Shown here piece by piece: positions 41,601 to 51,034 of a stretch of DNA of 64,000 nucleotides (positions are counted from its first letter, which is position 1; every line of letters begins with the position of its first letter). Source of the DNA: a virus (lineage: Duplodnaviria; Caudoviricetes). The notes below the pieces were generated by a model. That model did no database searches, was not told the DNA's origin, and saw only the letters and a program-made list of their open reading frames with translations. A program made the translations under genes and the position numbers. The DNA lies in the IMG/VR virus record IMGVR_UViG_3300008740_000001, positions 32,001 through 96,000 of that record; one strand, 5' to 3'.

Positions 41601-44600
41601 TACTCATTTTTATCAAGAAACCCAAAACACAACAGATGCCTCTTTGCCCGCCGGCGTCGGCGCTATCGGCGCACTATACGGTAATCGGCCTCTCAAGAAA
41701 TATGGCGGCGGCGAATGGTACGATGCTGCAGGCCAACCTTTCGCCTCCACCGGCGGCCCAAGTTCCTTCTCCGGCGGCGAAGACCCGGTGATACTAAATT
41801 ATCACGCACCTAGGGCCACAATGTATCGTGAAGAAGTGGTTAAACGCCCGGTGAATATTCGGAATATTCTGCAAACAACGGCCTCAGTGGACATCGCCCT
41901 TTCTGGTACTTTACAACATGGCCCAATCGGCAACTATGGCCGCAATTATGAAGTTGTGCACACTTCGCCCCGATCAGTCAATGATCTCCAGTTTAGGAAA
42001 GCATTGGGAGCCGAGGCCGGCCCTGCGTGGAACCCTCCCACCGAAGTCGACGCAATGTACTTCAGAAAGCCCATGCAGCGTCCAGTGACGGGCAGCTTTG
42101 ACCCGGCCCGGCCACTTAAATCGACATTATCTGATCCGAGATTTTGGGATAATGCAACGAGTCAACGTGACGGGACAGAACTCGGCGTCAATCCACGAAA
42201 TCTCAATACCCACCAGCGCGACTTTGAGGCTTTGGCCGACCGTCAGAAGAACAAAACAGTTATAGTTACAAAGTTTAGCGCCCCGGGCGGGTTTGAAACC
42301 ATGACTGCGGGATATATGGATTCGAATCATGGTGAGTACGCAGCTAACAATGTGACAACTTTTAGAAATCGTTATGTTCGCGGCCTAGGCCAACATGTGT
42401 TGACATCCGGATCCATGGAGGGCCGCACTTATAGCGGACAATTAACAGCCTCCTCGGGTGTCGACGGCACTGCTCTTCGTCGGCTAGTAGTGGAATCCAA
42501 AGAAAATGGGTACGGCATGGACGATGCCTATGTATACCCAGCTGAAGATGGGGTACCCGTACACAGATTCCAACATGCTACCCGCGAGCAACTGGCCGGC
42601 ACGTATCGCGTTTCAGACATTCACGATGAACCCTTTGGTCTTAGAACCCACTTGGCACGTTACACGGCGAAGTTTGGTCGAGATTCCGCTTTAGTATATG
42701 ATCCATTAGCAACTGGCACAAGTGGAAGCACGCAAGAGCCGGCCGGTTATCACAAGATCCATAGAAATAGGACTGCTGTTAATGATTTTTATGAACATTA
42801 CACGACCTATCATGGCCCCAAAAGCACTTACTCCATGCACTTCAACGATGATTCCACCGGTTTAGAAGCCGAGTCCGTGGACGATAAAAAACTGCTATCT
42901 ATAAATCCCTCGTGGCCTGTAGATATGTCCAAACCATGGTCATTCTCAGCTTGGGTCAAGCAAAGTGCAGCACAATCCGGGGCCCGGGCCCTGTTTTCTT
43001 TGGGTGAAAACCAATGTAAATTTTCGATTAGTATCGATGCAGCCGGCCGGTTTAGGGTCCATATGTACAATGATGATCAAACGGGCTCTGAATTCGCAGA
43101 TTTTTACTGTAGTGCTCCTGTTACATCAGGTGGCTGGGATCATGTGGTCATAACCTACGACCCAACCAAGGCTGAGACTTCACAGTCGGACGTTCCGAAA
43201 TTCTATGTCAATGGACAGCCGGGTAAATTTGCCAACTCCGATACTTTTCCGTCCGCGCCCTTCGCGCTGACATGCCTCAATGAACGCTCTTATATTGGCG
43301 CTCGCTTTGACAATGTTGAGCAGAAAGTGAAAACACTTGTCGATACTGAGATTGCAGAATTGGCGTTTTACGATAGAATTCTAGACTCCGACGAAGTACG
43401 ACGGCTTTGGGGGTACCCGAATGTACTCGGCGGCACCGGCGGAACAGTAAACCTTTCTGGCTCTATAACCCCAGCTAGTGATAAGCTGAAGGTATGGATT
43501 CGCTTCGGTGATCATGCAGATGGGCCAGACAAAGGCGTATCTGGTGGTTCCGCCTATCCAACAGGTCCAACTGGCGCGCCCTATTTTTACGATGTTATGG
43601 GGAACGTTAACTACGATCTCGCCGGTACTAAAGCGGATGCGACGGCGGGCACACCATATGCTGATGGCCTAGAGCCGGCCCAGTGGGAAAACGCCGCTCG
43701 AAATATCCACACATATTCGAAGTATCAGCATGATAACTTCTATGTGAGACATCAGCTTCCTAGGAATCATTCAAATTACAGTTGGGTTAGAGCAGCCCTT
43801 CCCGCTAGCCATGTACCCCAAGGTCTGCCAACAGCATCAAACTTCTATTCAGAACTTATGATTACTGCAAGCGAAATTGGTTCAATTCTGCGAGACGGCG
43901 AAAACGCGGCCGGCAACGTCTCCGTGAACGCCCTAGGTCGCCTGTATGGCGTGAACAAAGACAATGTTAACAATGCGGACACCGGCTACGGCGGGGGGAT
44001 GGATGCAGGCTTCGCCGCAATCCATAAATACAAATCATCATTGATTCTGAATGATATGGTCGGTATGAACTCCAACATCGTCACCAAGGTTGACTGGGAT
44101 AACAGTCTTGAAGGTTACACAGCCGATGAGGTGGTCGCCGCGACCGTAAAGCACGCTTGGGAGGTTGGCGCCAATGCCGATCAGAATAATAAGTCCGCTT
44201 ACAGTCCCTATTTCAACGAAGCTGCTATTGGTATTTGGAACAGATTCGGCACCGGATACAAACACCCCGGCCATCGGACAAGCAGTCCCTATGAATTTTT
44301 CGGAAAACAAGGCGCCTATGGACTTTCGGCGTTAGCAAACTATGACCCGGGCGCCCACCTGATCGGCCACAAAGCCACAAATGATCACGCCGGCGCGAAC
44401 GCAAGCCGCCACTTGCAGGCTATGGTACTCAACGGCGTCCTTCTCCATCGACAAGGGCCATATGGGTGGCCCTCATGGAAGCAGATCCGAGGTGCCCAGC
44501 ATCCTCTGGTGCGTTATGAGCGCAAACATAGTAGAATGTCATATGTTTTGGAAGACGCGCCAGAAAAACACTTGAGTTCTAGTCAGCAGGGCCACATGGT

Positions 44601-47600
44601 CGTGCGGCCCAAATATGGAAAGCCACACAAGTGGACTCGGGTCACTCCGCTTACTACCAAATACTCTCCCTTGACTATTACTCTTGGTATTTCGACTACG
44701 ATGCGAAACAGATTCGGGAAAAACAACACTGTAACTCTTCCGGTTGATATATCAACAACCTATGGAAACGCACTAGTTTACTTTAATAGAGACGAAATTA
44801 ACAAGGAACTTAATCTATCTCGTGCTACAGTTGAGTCTTATGAAGAAGTAAAGAGCATGTACACGCGAGGCGCCCTTGAATCCGATGTTTCTCCTGTGAC
44901 AGAAATTCAAAAACTCCAATATAGTGAGGTGGTGTTCCCTTCACACCTTAACATGTATATGGGAGATGTCCGGAAAAAGACTGGCTACACAAACAACTTC
45001 TGGCAAAGAGGCCATGTGAACAGAATCTCGAATACGGCACGAACGATCCACAATCGTATTGATTACGGGATTTCGTTTCATGACAACCAATATGGCCACC
45101 AAAAACTTGCGACCCTAGGTCGCGGGATTGGTATGTCTATCTGGCCACTTGACGACGCATCATCAAGCGCTGGTCCGCTAGATTCAATTCACTGCCCTGA
45201 CGGAACATGGGCGACCGAGGAAGACCTGAAATACCGGGCCTGTTGGGCCTCTTTTCTCCATCCAGATGCAGCCACTGGGCGCGGAGCAGGAGAGCTACAG
45301 AATCGCTGGACATACCTCATAAAGAACGACGATGGTCGCTATCATTATCACAATGGTCGCGGAGACAACAAAGTGAAGACGAACCCTGAAGCCGGCCCAC
45401 TTTATGCCATGCCACAGTTCTGTGCTGCAACATCGTCGATTGCTTCGCCCACAGCTAATCCCTTGGTTGGCGTTTCAAACGCTAATATTCTAACTGGCTC
45501 TGGGCAGGAAATTGCTGGTGTTAAAATCACCCAACAGTCCGGTGATCGTGGCTTATACCAATCAAGCGAATGGCGCCACGGCACTGCCAACGACGGCGGC
45601 ACCGAGAACGTAAGAAACAAATATATTACGCCCCTTAATAAGAACGCCAACTGGGCTGGTTATGCGCCAATTTTTGGCGGGTTTGCTAAATTTCAAACTG
45701 GCGAACTTGCCGGCAAGATCACGTCGGACACAGTGGTTATTACTAGGGAAGATGGGGTTGTGATTTCTCGTGAAACTGTGCCACAAGTACGCGAATTCGT
45801 GAGCAGTCCGACCAACCCATGGCATGACTCATATGAAGAGTTCTATAATGATATTAGAGTAAAAGCAAAAGATTACGCAGTACTCCCAGAATTCAGGATG
45901 GAAGACCATATTGAGAACTGGATTATGAGTCAAAATTCTGACTTCTTGGCAGAGCAGGATTCGTTGTTTAGGATGATTGGTATGCCATCTGGCTCCAATG
46001 GCCACAACGCCGCAAATAGCTCGGAAGAGAACTTCTATAAAATTTATGCAACATCAGATTTCTTAAAACACTTTGATGTCATTAAGACTGACATGTCAGA
46101 ACATTTTGAGCCTAGCGCACTAACACTTCAGTGTAAGGCCGTACTGAAATTTAACCCATACGATGGGTTTTACCCTGCACAAAGAACGGTGCAGTTGGCG
46201 GAAGCTTTCTCGGGCTCTTACGGAAAACATGTACAATACTCTGGCAACGGCATCCTCGCCACTGGACAACCAAAGCTGTGGGACAGCAGCTCTTGGAGTT
46301 CGGGCGACTGGGATTATCACACCGCTGAAGTAGCCAATGCAAACGAAAGAATGGCCTTTAGAAACTTTCTTACTCCATTGTTCGCGCCCGGAATCATGTA
46401 TAACACGATTAAAGCAGGTGTCGCATGCGATTGGCCGATATTCACAGATGCATCAAAACTATACAAGGTTAGATTAGGAAAGTCGAACTATTGGGGCCTA
46501 GGCTTTCCGAGTCCACAAGAAGATGGAGAACTTATAGGTCGTTTCGAATCCGTCTACGGTGAACAGGTCTCTCCAGACACAAAGAAAATGTTGTATGGAC
46601 TGCAAGGCCGCTCTGTGATTAATTATGGACCATATAAAATTCGCGAGCAATACAGGAAGCAAGCAATCGAGCTTTCTATCGTTCCCGCATCGGCTTCGAT
46701 AGGCGGACTTACTACGGGTACCGGATTCACTGGTATCAAGACAACAGATGCTGGAGGTGCTGGCGGCGCGTCCCGAACATATTATAAGCCCGGATATTAC
46801 ACTACAAAAATCAATGTCAACGAGATTCCCGGCCTCGCAGCATCGTCGATTACAATGGCCTTTGACGACGGCGGTGGTGACTCCGGTGAAGGCGACGACC
46901 AAGAAGACGGCGATGGCATCATGACAAGAATCATGCGGCGTATTGACATTACTGCTTCTTTTGGTCCGGGCCCGAACTTGGGACGATGGGATAAGAGAAT
47001 TCCGTTCGAAGCTCTCGTCAATCCAGAAAACTATCTTAAAGACACAGATCTATATGATTATACTCCGCACCCCTCTGCATCACTAGATGTTACAGCTTCG
47101 TGGGATGGCCAAGGAAACGACGTATACTCGCTAATGGCAAACAACTTCTTGGCAGCAATCCCAGAGTTGTACTTGGCCGGCGGAGGGTTTACAACTATTG
47201 CTTCAAAACCACAAGATGATTTGTCACTATACGCTCAAGCCGGTAAAACCTACGGAATGCGTCTTAAAATGTATCGATCTCTGAACAGATTTCGAAACTA
47301 TAAGACAGAGCGGAGCCTTGCTCTTTCATCAGCTAGCTATGAAGTGCCTCAAGATCCAAGAGATGACCACGGCTTACACGAAACTTTCACGATGTACAGT
47401 CGCCATTCCGCATTCGGATATCCCGTCTGGGGGAGAACCCACACTATTGTAAATAATCTGGCCCAGACCGCCGCCCTTCGGGCCGCGAGAGGCCTCAAAA
47501 CCGGCGTGTCACAGGACCCCACCACCACAGCCTATGAGACGGCCATGGCACTCACAGCATCTTATAAGTTCGAGGATGTCAACGGCGACAACGTAAAGGG

Positions 47601-49923
47601 CAAACTCGGTGCTATTTTCTCACCCATTAATTCATCACACGCTCCCACACCCGGACTGAACAATACCAAGGCCGGCTTCCAGAACGAATATAGTCGCCAT
47701 GGCACCAAACAACAAAATAGAGTACTCTTCCACACTTCATCTTTTTTGGCTACTCCTGCCGGAGCGCTCGACAGCGTAGAAGGTTACTATTGGTCTTATA
47801 CTCCGCCATATGCACATGGAGAGGCGTGGGTCGACATGATCTTCGCGCCACAGCAAAGTCGAACGTACACGCTGGCAGAAATTGTCGACAGTCTGGAAAC
47901 AGTACCATATCGCGTTGATCCCGGCTTCCAGTTCCCCACCGGTGCAAGTGGACAGATGAACCCACGGTTTATTCCCAATGGTTATCATAGTCAATCATTA
48001 TATTCTGCTGAGAATATTAACGCAAACGCCATGCAACTTGATTCTTGTCTCAACATGTTTAGTCTTGGTAAGGTGAAATCATTTGCATATGGTAACATCG
48101 GCCGACGCGGCGGAACAGGCGCTAGAACAACGAAAAGAACAGTGGGAGATTCTCCAGCTTGGATTATCCAGCCAAAGTTTGAAACACCAATGTTGAATTT
48201 TAATAGTTTAACAAATGAACAGGGTGGTACGTGTCCTAGACCATTAACAGACGATTTACTGGACCTGCCAGCTTACGGTTCAGGCTCAACCCCTAGAGGA
48301 ATGTGGCACCAGTTCGGTACTCTCCCAGTGGACGATGAGGGAATTTGGCTCGAAGCAGGGGACATTCCTGCAAAATGGTTGGCAAACAACCCAATTGTGG
48401 AACATGATTATCGATACTCCACCCACAGTGCCAGAACATCTGGCTCTGTCGCTGCCTACAAACGAATGAACGCGCAGTATGAAATGGAGTCTTTGGCTGA
48501 TTTGGTTGGCATGGACACTAGTCCGAAACGGCTTGGCAAGGTGCAAGAAACAGTAACGATTTCAGAGGCCGTCGTAGCTGTACCCTTTATTGAAAAAGAC
48601 AATCAGCGCAACTTCTTTACTATAGACCCGCACATGGTTGATATCGTAATGGGCGAAGAAAGCTATAGGCTGTCTGATGAATCGGACTCCCCCGGACGTT
48701 CTATTGAAAACTTAGTAGAAAAAATGGAGAAATATCTCTTCCCGCCGGTCTTTGATTTTGTACAAAACCGCTCTGTCACTCCTGTGGCCATGTACGTCTT
48801 TGAATTTAGCATGGCTTTCGATAAAGATGATTTGGCACACATGTGGCAGAATGTTCTTCCTCCCAAAGCTTCGGGTTTTGAAATGAGCACTGCTACAGTT
48901 AACCACAACTTGTTGAAGAATGAACTAATGGGCTATTCTAATAACGAGGCGGCAGTAACACTGCAAAACAAGGTACAGTGGCTAGTGTTTAAGGTCAAGC
49001 AACGCGCCCCGACAAACTATTACGATAAGGTCATCAAAAGTTCTCCGGAGCTAGATCGCCTAGATAAGATTGCCAGAAGTAGGCAAGTTTCTCTGGGTGG
49101 CCAAGCAGACGCCTCATATAGTTATAACTGGCCTTATGATCATTGTTCTATCGTCGAAATGGCACAGATCGAGGCCTCAGTTGAATATTCGAACATGCCC
49201 GAAAATGTTGCAACTGCTCAAAGAATTGACGGCCAAGGTGGCCGCCGTGGAAAACAAGGTCAGTATATTGGTCCATCGCTTCCCGGCCAGACATTCCCCG
49301 GATCAATGAATCCTGCTGCAGCAGGTAGTTATGTTGGAACAAGTGTTGCAACTGTAGCTGATTCCGACATCCTTGGTTCCGAAGGTGCTGGCACCGCTCC
49401 CAGCACCTTTGTAGCGAAATGGGGGGATGGTCTCGTACAAAAACAAGCCCAAAAACATCCAGACGCCTTAACCAAAGATCTGACCGTGCGAGAATTTGGA
49501 GGAAGTCCATTTGTTGGTACCAACGTTGCTGAAAAAGAGGCCTCAAAAGTCTCGCGAGACTTCTCCAGCACTGCAGCAATGCCATCGGCGCTACAAGGCG
49601 CCACCGGTGATATGATCCGCGATTTTGCCAAAGGGGGCACCACAGGGCCCATCGTTATGGGAGGTCAAGAAGACGAGTATAGTTTTGGAAAAACCGGCGT
49701 CAGCACCACCTCCTTTAACCCTAGCACGTTTGACAATACAATGAGCAGTATGGCATCCACAATCGCAACAGCTGCAACTGCGCAGTCATTTGCGACAACT
49801 GCCGGAGCTTCGAGTGTTGCACCCGGCTTCACCCAGACTACTGCAGCTGCCACTAGTTTAGTCCAGCCAGTAACGACCACAACGGTTAGTACAGCATACT
49901 CATTCTCGTTTAAGTACTTTTAA
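35662..49923 (+). CDS. 4753-aa baseplate/tail protein with multiple LamG (concanavalin A-like) domains
   Basis: YKSKGTEKSIRNIIRCFG (gp7/P2 gpI-like wedge motif). LamG signatures MTVEFW..WNHYAV..FYINGD, FTMTGWF..WYHIGV..MYVNG and WSFSAWV..WDHVVITYD..FYVNG. Confidence 0.7.
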   Translation: MGIKDLFEKPQQILTSADAESTTKDKVESLDYLDAVMRAKEEFVPHIDFSSASNFAIYGSAEKYYEDAVTTIYRQYPYDGTAREVQEFNLNLNYLTKHVLESLYPRTTGYITLGKSATYSGLSGSYGSPAANEYIEFFGGPHTASNIQTSLEGMANRPLHETFEYSNQLSSDPYTKAGFQKDSSKKGTQLSNLRFNPADGMTVEFWLKKDAFDSTKTKREVIFDLWNGKDDDDIAYGRLLLELSSSATDPFRLTMVSGSGSPVQAGYQSATRIARDTSISSGITSEKITGGDWNHYAVSIANKGANKTAVKFYINGDLDTTTLLTGQINEVTGGLRAHLGALTHPNRQHGGAKGHGLLSASLDEFRYWKEARSSEQIGRYWWTQVRGGSNREVYNSSLGVYYKFNEGVVQTDATDLTAYAIDKKVLDYSGRVSNGNWVGYPGYPEGARSTDSALNRTGSAEFKDPIIYNSHPKVKALLAELKSSGSIWDDQNNASMLNAVPTFMREQDEASGDGTLTNVLQMMGSYFDKIYHLVDALPKIRATSYLTASAKPYPFATHLLESVGMNAPQMFVNANVLESISARDEDRKYEKDISEIKNLIYQNIYNNLVYVYKSKGTEKSIRNIIRCFGVDEELIRLNMYANNMTYELQDNARTKTVKKKYINFNDVDKFDCVIYQYPDPNNSNTVGYITGSGPTTVTASLGHEDVLGMTVETEVLFPIKLTQRDSGFFTTDFEEASLFGLHTPLSDASLLTISRPNYANFQVTAIRPQRESKHVYFKLTSEDPGNGFSAPIPELTSSLFTEVYDNQRWNLSVRVKPSKPLKNLVSGSHALASDKYEVHFYGVNMETGYKEHSFHLSASIAGHEARNFLRASKRLYAGAHRDNFVGDVKNYTDVKVSSIRYWATFLENSELDAHASDAENYGVSDPFENLTLYDKQLGGIHVPRIDTLALHWTFGNVTSASSDAASPTLSDSYFYADDVSSGSVEAVSAARYGWLSNIVHKQHSAKGDLFLPPESGDKNPVDVNYISSARRQLPEVISSNDAVQILTQDDDKYTREHRIVEHYYALEKSMYQTISEEMINMFASVVDFNNLIGEPVNRYRQEYKDLSKLRQLFFERVGEVSTLDRYINFYKWIDNAVTTVIQQLIPASAEVSEELHNMVESHVLERNKYWTKYPTIEFKQDDPEAGVHGVHELTYNWKFGHAPVDNSAQSNNALYWRERAHRASGSLSSGNTNTDQDREDLRIKINQHREAKGKMLANEDNTTYTGRVYALKRFTKPYRFTVDIPRELRSGTNFTRNRNVQVAKTALAYGAPLTISSSTNRPGLPGLPTGVMFVDGDTLGQFKDINDNLELRRKRFHDGTVILAREQEYDGRQAVPTSTIAKILPGNVVSSSVISGYNKVFSGVNTPGFVTGTAITNIHHDFYGEDREIPLQGPFVAKYVGGHQSRHVRLNPGTDTSHNRPEAWKLLIGKRDSTEAFRNTKTSGAFGFVSPDYPYPNMGKNPSPATAVFTAAGSHPKAGSKLRLTDGVNTATFEYWDDDMTGDHDTALTAAEQLLSASHIAVDMAGQTGLAGSALRTAKLNSMANAINESTIAMNATVDGNDITITNTRYGHSTSKGPNIYGIKGNTEISSSYETVYDYRMTSGLRIDEVSARTLAPGHAANGYSAGIGFEDQSDSIADIFDTGASGWGEFTMTGWFYLHDGSVGEARTNLHRTLLTLGPYSVLGNNLAISIINNKLHLRVDQGTIDAHRMAYTTNSAIVTGSDWYHIGVAWNHHSTRNTQTTKEVENVPRMYVNGTLVEGDYKDYDGSVYVGTGSLPSFNTITKSDGANNRTLVGTVGCMISSAAKFMSASHLAGDVIGDLALWNAKLTAAEITEAYSGQGHKRLLPGAQNLFNHSKYKSNYSDSALKAWWGFGDATKPNADNELYDDVTSICGTRGAPGAADAKEFCYNGVYGSGAGLRLIAWEYQGTSFGGDNPHPGTHFYQETQNTTDASLPAGVGAIGALYGNRPLKKYGGGEWYDAAGQPFASTGGPSSFSGGEDPVILNYHAPRATMYREEVVKRPVNIRNILQTTASVDIALSGTLQHGPIGNYGRNYEVVHTSPRSVNDLQFRKALGAEAGPAWNPPTEVDAMYFRKPMQRPVTGSFDPARPLKSTLSDPRFWDNATSQRDGTELGVNPRNLNTHQRDFEALADRQKNKTVIVTKFSAPGGFETMTAGYMDSNHGEYAANNVTTFRNRYVRGLGQHVLTSGSMEGRTYSGQLTASSGVDGTALRRLVVESKENGYGMDDAYVYPAEDGVPVHRFQHATREQLAGTYRVSDIHDEPFGLRTHLARYTAKFGRDSALVYDPLATGTSGSTQEPAGYHKIHRNRTAVNDFYEHYTTYHGPKSTYSMHFNDDSTGLEAESVDDKKLLSINPSWPVDMSKPWSFSAWVKQSAAQSGARALFSLGENQCKFSISIDAAGRFRVHMYNDDQTGSEFADFYCSAPVTSGGWDHVVITYDPTKAETSQSDVPKFYVNGQPGKFANSDTFPSAPFALTCLNERSYIGARFDNVEQKVKTLVDTEIAELAFYDRILDSDEVRRLWGYPNVLGGTGGTVNLSGSITPASDKLKVWIRFGDHADGPDKGVSGGSAYPTGPTGAPYFYDVMGNVNYDLAGTKADATAGTPYADGLEPAQWENAARNIHTYSKYQHDNFYVRHQLPRNHSNYSWVRAALPASHVPQGLPTASNFYSELMITASEIGSILRDGENAAGNVSVNALGRLYGVNKDNVNNADTGYGGGMDAGFAAIHKYKSSLILNDMVGMNSNIVTKVDWDNSLEGYTADEVVAATVKHAWEVGANADQNNKSAYSPYFNEAAIGIWNRFGTGYKHPGHRTSSPYEFFGKQGAYGLSALANYDPGAHLIGHKATNDHAGANASRHLQAMVLNGVLLHRQGPYGWPSWKQIRGAQHPLVRYERKHSRMSYVLEDAPEKHLSSSQQGHMVVRPKYGKPHKWTRVTPLTTKYSPLTITLGISTTMRNRFGKNNTVTLPVDISTTYGNALVYFNRDEINKELNLSRATVESYEEVKSMYTRGALESDVSPVTEIQKLQYSEVVFPSHLNMYMGDVRKKTGYTNNFWQRGHVNRISNTARTIHNRIDYGISFHDNQYGHQKLATLGRGIGMSIWPLDDASSSAGPLDSIHCPDGTWATEEDLKYRACWASFLHPDAATGRGAGELQNRWTYLIKNDDGRYHYHNGRGDNKVKTNPEAGPLYAMPQFCAATSSIASPTANPLVGVSNANILTGSGQEIAGVKITQQSGDRGLYQSSEWRHGTANDGGTENVRNKYITPLNKNANWAGYAPIFGGFAKFQTGELAGKITSDTVVITREDGVVISRETVPQVREFVSSPTNPWHDSYEEFYNDIRVKAKDYAVLPEFRMEDHIENWIMSQNSDFLAEQDSLFRMIGMPSGSNGHNAANSSEENFYKIYATSDFLKHFDVIKTDMSEHFEPSALTLQCKAVLKFNPYDGFYPAQRTVQLAEAFSGSYGKHVQYSGNGILATGQPKLWDSSSWSSGDWDYHTAEVANANERMAFRNFLTPLFAPGIMYNTIKAGVACDWPIFTDASKLYKVRLGKSNYWGLGFPSPQEDGELIGRFESVYGEQVSPDTKKMLYGLQGRSVINYGPYKIREQYRKQAIELSIVPASASIGGLTTGTGFTGIKTTDAGGAGGASRTYYKPGYYTTKINVNEIPGLAASSITMAFDDGGGDSGEGDDQEDGDGIMTRIMRRIDITASFGPGPNLGRWDKRIPFEALVNPENYLKDTDLYDYTPHPSASLDVTASWDGQGNDVYSLMANNFLAAIPELYLAGGGFTTIASKPQDDLSLYAQAGKTYGMRLKMYRSLNRFRNYKTERSLALSSASYEVPQDPRDDHGLHETFTMYSRHSAFGYPVWGRTHTIVNNLAQTAALRAARGLKTGVSQDPTTTAYETAMALTASYKFEDVNGDNVKGKLGAIFSPINSSHAPTPGLNNTKAGFQNEYSRHGTKQQNRVLFHTSSFLATPAGALDSVEGYYWSYTPPYAHGEAWVDMIFAPQQSRTYTLAEIVDSLETVPYRVDPGFQFPTGASGQMNPRFIPNGYHSQSLYSAENINANAMQLDSCLNMFSLGKVKSFAYGNIGRRGGTGARTTKRTVGDSPAWIIQPKFETPMLNFNSLTNEQGGTCPRPLTDDLLDLPAYGSGSTPRGMWHQFGTLPVDDEGIWLEAGDIPAKWLANNPIVEHDYRYSTHSARTSGSVAAYKRMNAQYEMESLADLVGMDTSPKRLGKVQETVTISEAVVAVPFIEKDNQRNFFTIDPHMVDIVMGEESYRLSDESDSPGRSIENLVEKMEKYLFPPVFDFVQNRSVTPVAMYVFEFSMAFDKDDLAHMWQNVLPPKASGFEMSTATVNHNLLKNELMGYSNNEAAVTLQNKVQWLVFKVKQRAPTNYYDKVIKSSPELDRLDKIARSRQVSLGGQADASYSYNWPYDHCSIVEMAQIEASVEYSNMPENVATAQRIDGQGGRRGKQGQYIGPSLPGQTFPGSMNPAAAGSYVGTSVATVADSDILGSEGAGTAPSTFVAKWGDGLVQKQAQKHPDALTKDLTVREFGGSPFVGTNVAEKEASKVSRDFSSTAAMPSALQGATGDMIRDFAKGGTTGPIVMGGQEDEYSFGKTGVSTTSFNPSTFDNTMSSMASTIATAATAQSFATTAGASSVAPGFTQTTAAATSLVQPVTTTTVSTAYSFSFKYF

Positions 49924-49966
49924 AAAGTAGTATAAAGGGCTATATATTTTAGGATAGTATATTGAA

Positions 49967-51034
49967 ATGGCATTTTTTAACAAAAAAGAAGAAGTAATAG
50001 ACCTGCAATTGACTCAATACGGAAAGAATCTTCTTTCCAAGGGAGAGTTCAAGCCGGTTTCCTATGCTTTTTTTGACGACAATGTTCTTTATGATAGTAC
50101 ATATGCCGGCATAGACTCGGAGACACAAAATGATATCGAGCCAAGAATTCAGGAAAATACACCATCTTTCAAAACACAATATATTTACTATGGCGCCGAA
50201 ACAGAAATAATGAGAATCGCTGAAGAAATTAGAGGATCCAATGGCGCCGTCCCTGCAATGCAGCCGGTAGCCGACAAACTCTATGCACTATCAGCACCAC
50301 TCGGCACTGGGGCCCTTCATACAACGAATCTACCGGCATGGCAGGTACGCTTCTTTGGCGCAGAACTATCAGGCTCAGTGCAATATGTTACGGGCGCCCA
50401 CCCTACCATGAAGATTCCGCAATTAAGATCTAACATCGTATACAAAACAACAGTTTATGACCCCAATAGTACGGCCCCAGAGGATCCGACAGGCAAGTTT
50501 CCAGAGGGTCCGCCCATTACGAGTAACGCAGAGTATAATATGGTATCTAGTACATTTTCAGATGGAACATATTTTGTTACAACCGGCGACCAACTGTTGA
50601 TCGAGATCGATGAGAAAAATACAGATTTTTTCAAAGAAAACTTTGATATTGAGGTCTTTTTGGTTGAAGAGGTCGATGTTAGTGGCTCTTACATGACTCC
50701 AAATATTTCCAAGACTGACAAAATGGAGCTACTTAAGCCACTAAACTTTACTATTGAGCCCCCCGTGGTTGTGGATAATCTACTGATCGAGCCATCAGTT
50801 CAGAATTCTCGCGACCTCAACCCCGACGATACAGAATACTATTTTAACATTAACGTGGATTCAGAGATACCACCAGAAACTTTGTGCGCCATAATTCAAA
50901 GACTTAAGTCGGAAGGCAGGGACTTGGGATATCTCGATTCTTATGATCTGGTCTGTCCGGATATTGCACCAGCCCCATTCGATCTTTATGGCTCCAGCGT
51001 CACAACCGAGGATATTGAAGAATGCCAAGACTAA
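49967..51034 (+). CDS. Virion structural protein (tail-collar-like N-terminus)
   Basis: IDLQLTQYGKNLLSKGEFKPVSYAFFDD is shared with the 57516 gene. Confidence 0.55.
   Translation: MAFFNKKEEVIDLQLTQYGKNLLSKGEFKPVSYAFFDDNVLYDSTYAGIDSETQNDIEPRIQENTPSFKTQYIYYGAETEIMRIAEEIRGSNGAVPAMQPVADKLYALSAPLGTGALHTTNLPAWQVRFFGAELSGSVQYVTGAHPTMKIPQLRSNIVYKTTVYDPNSTAPEDPTGKFPEGPPITSNAEYNMVSSTFSDGTYFVTTGDQLLIEIDEKNTDFFKENFDIEVFLVEEVDVSGSYMTPNISKTDKMELLKPLNFTIEPPVVVDNLLIEPSVQNSRDLNPDDTEYYFNINVDSEIPPETLCAIIQRLKSEGRDLGYLDSYDLVCPDIAPAPFDLYGSSVTTEDIEECQD

Noticed and set aside
24274-49923. Inteins or self-cleaving chaperone domains explaining the giant ORFs
   Set aside because: I saw no Hint block motifs, LAGLIDADG motifs or peptidase S74 signature.
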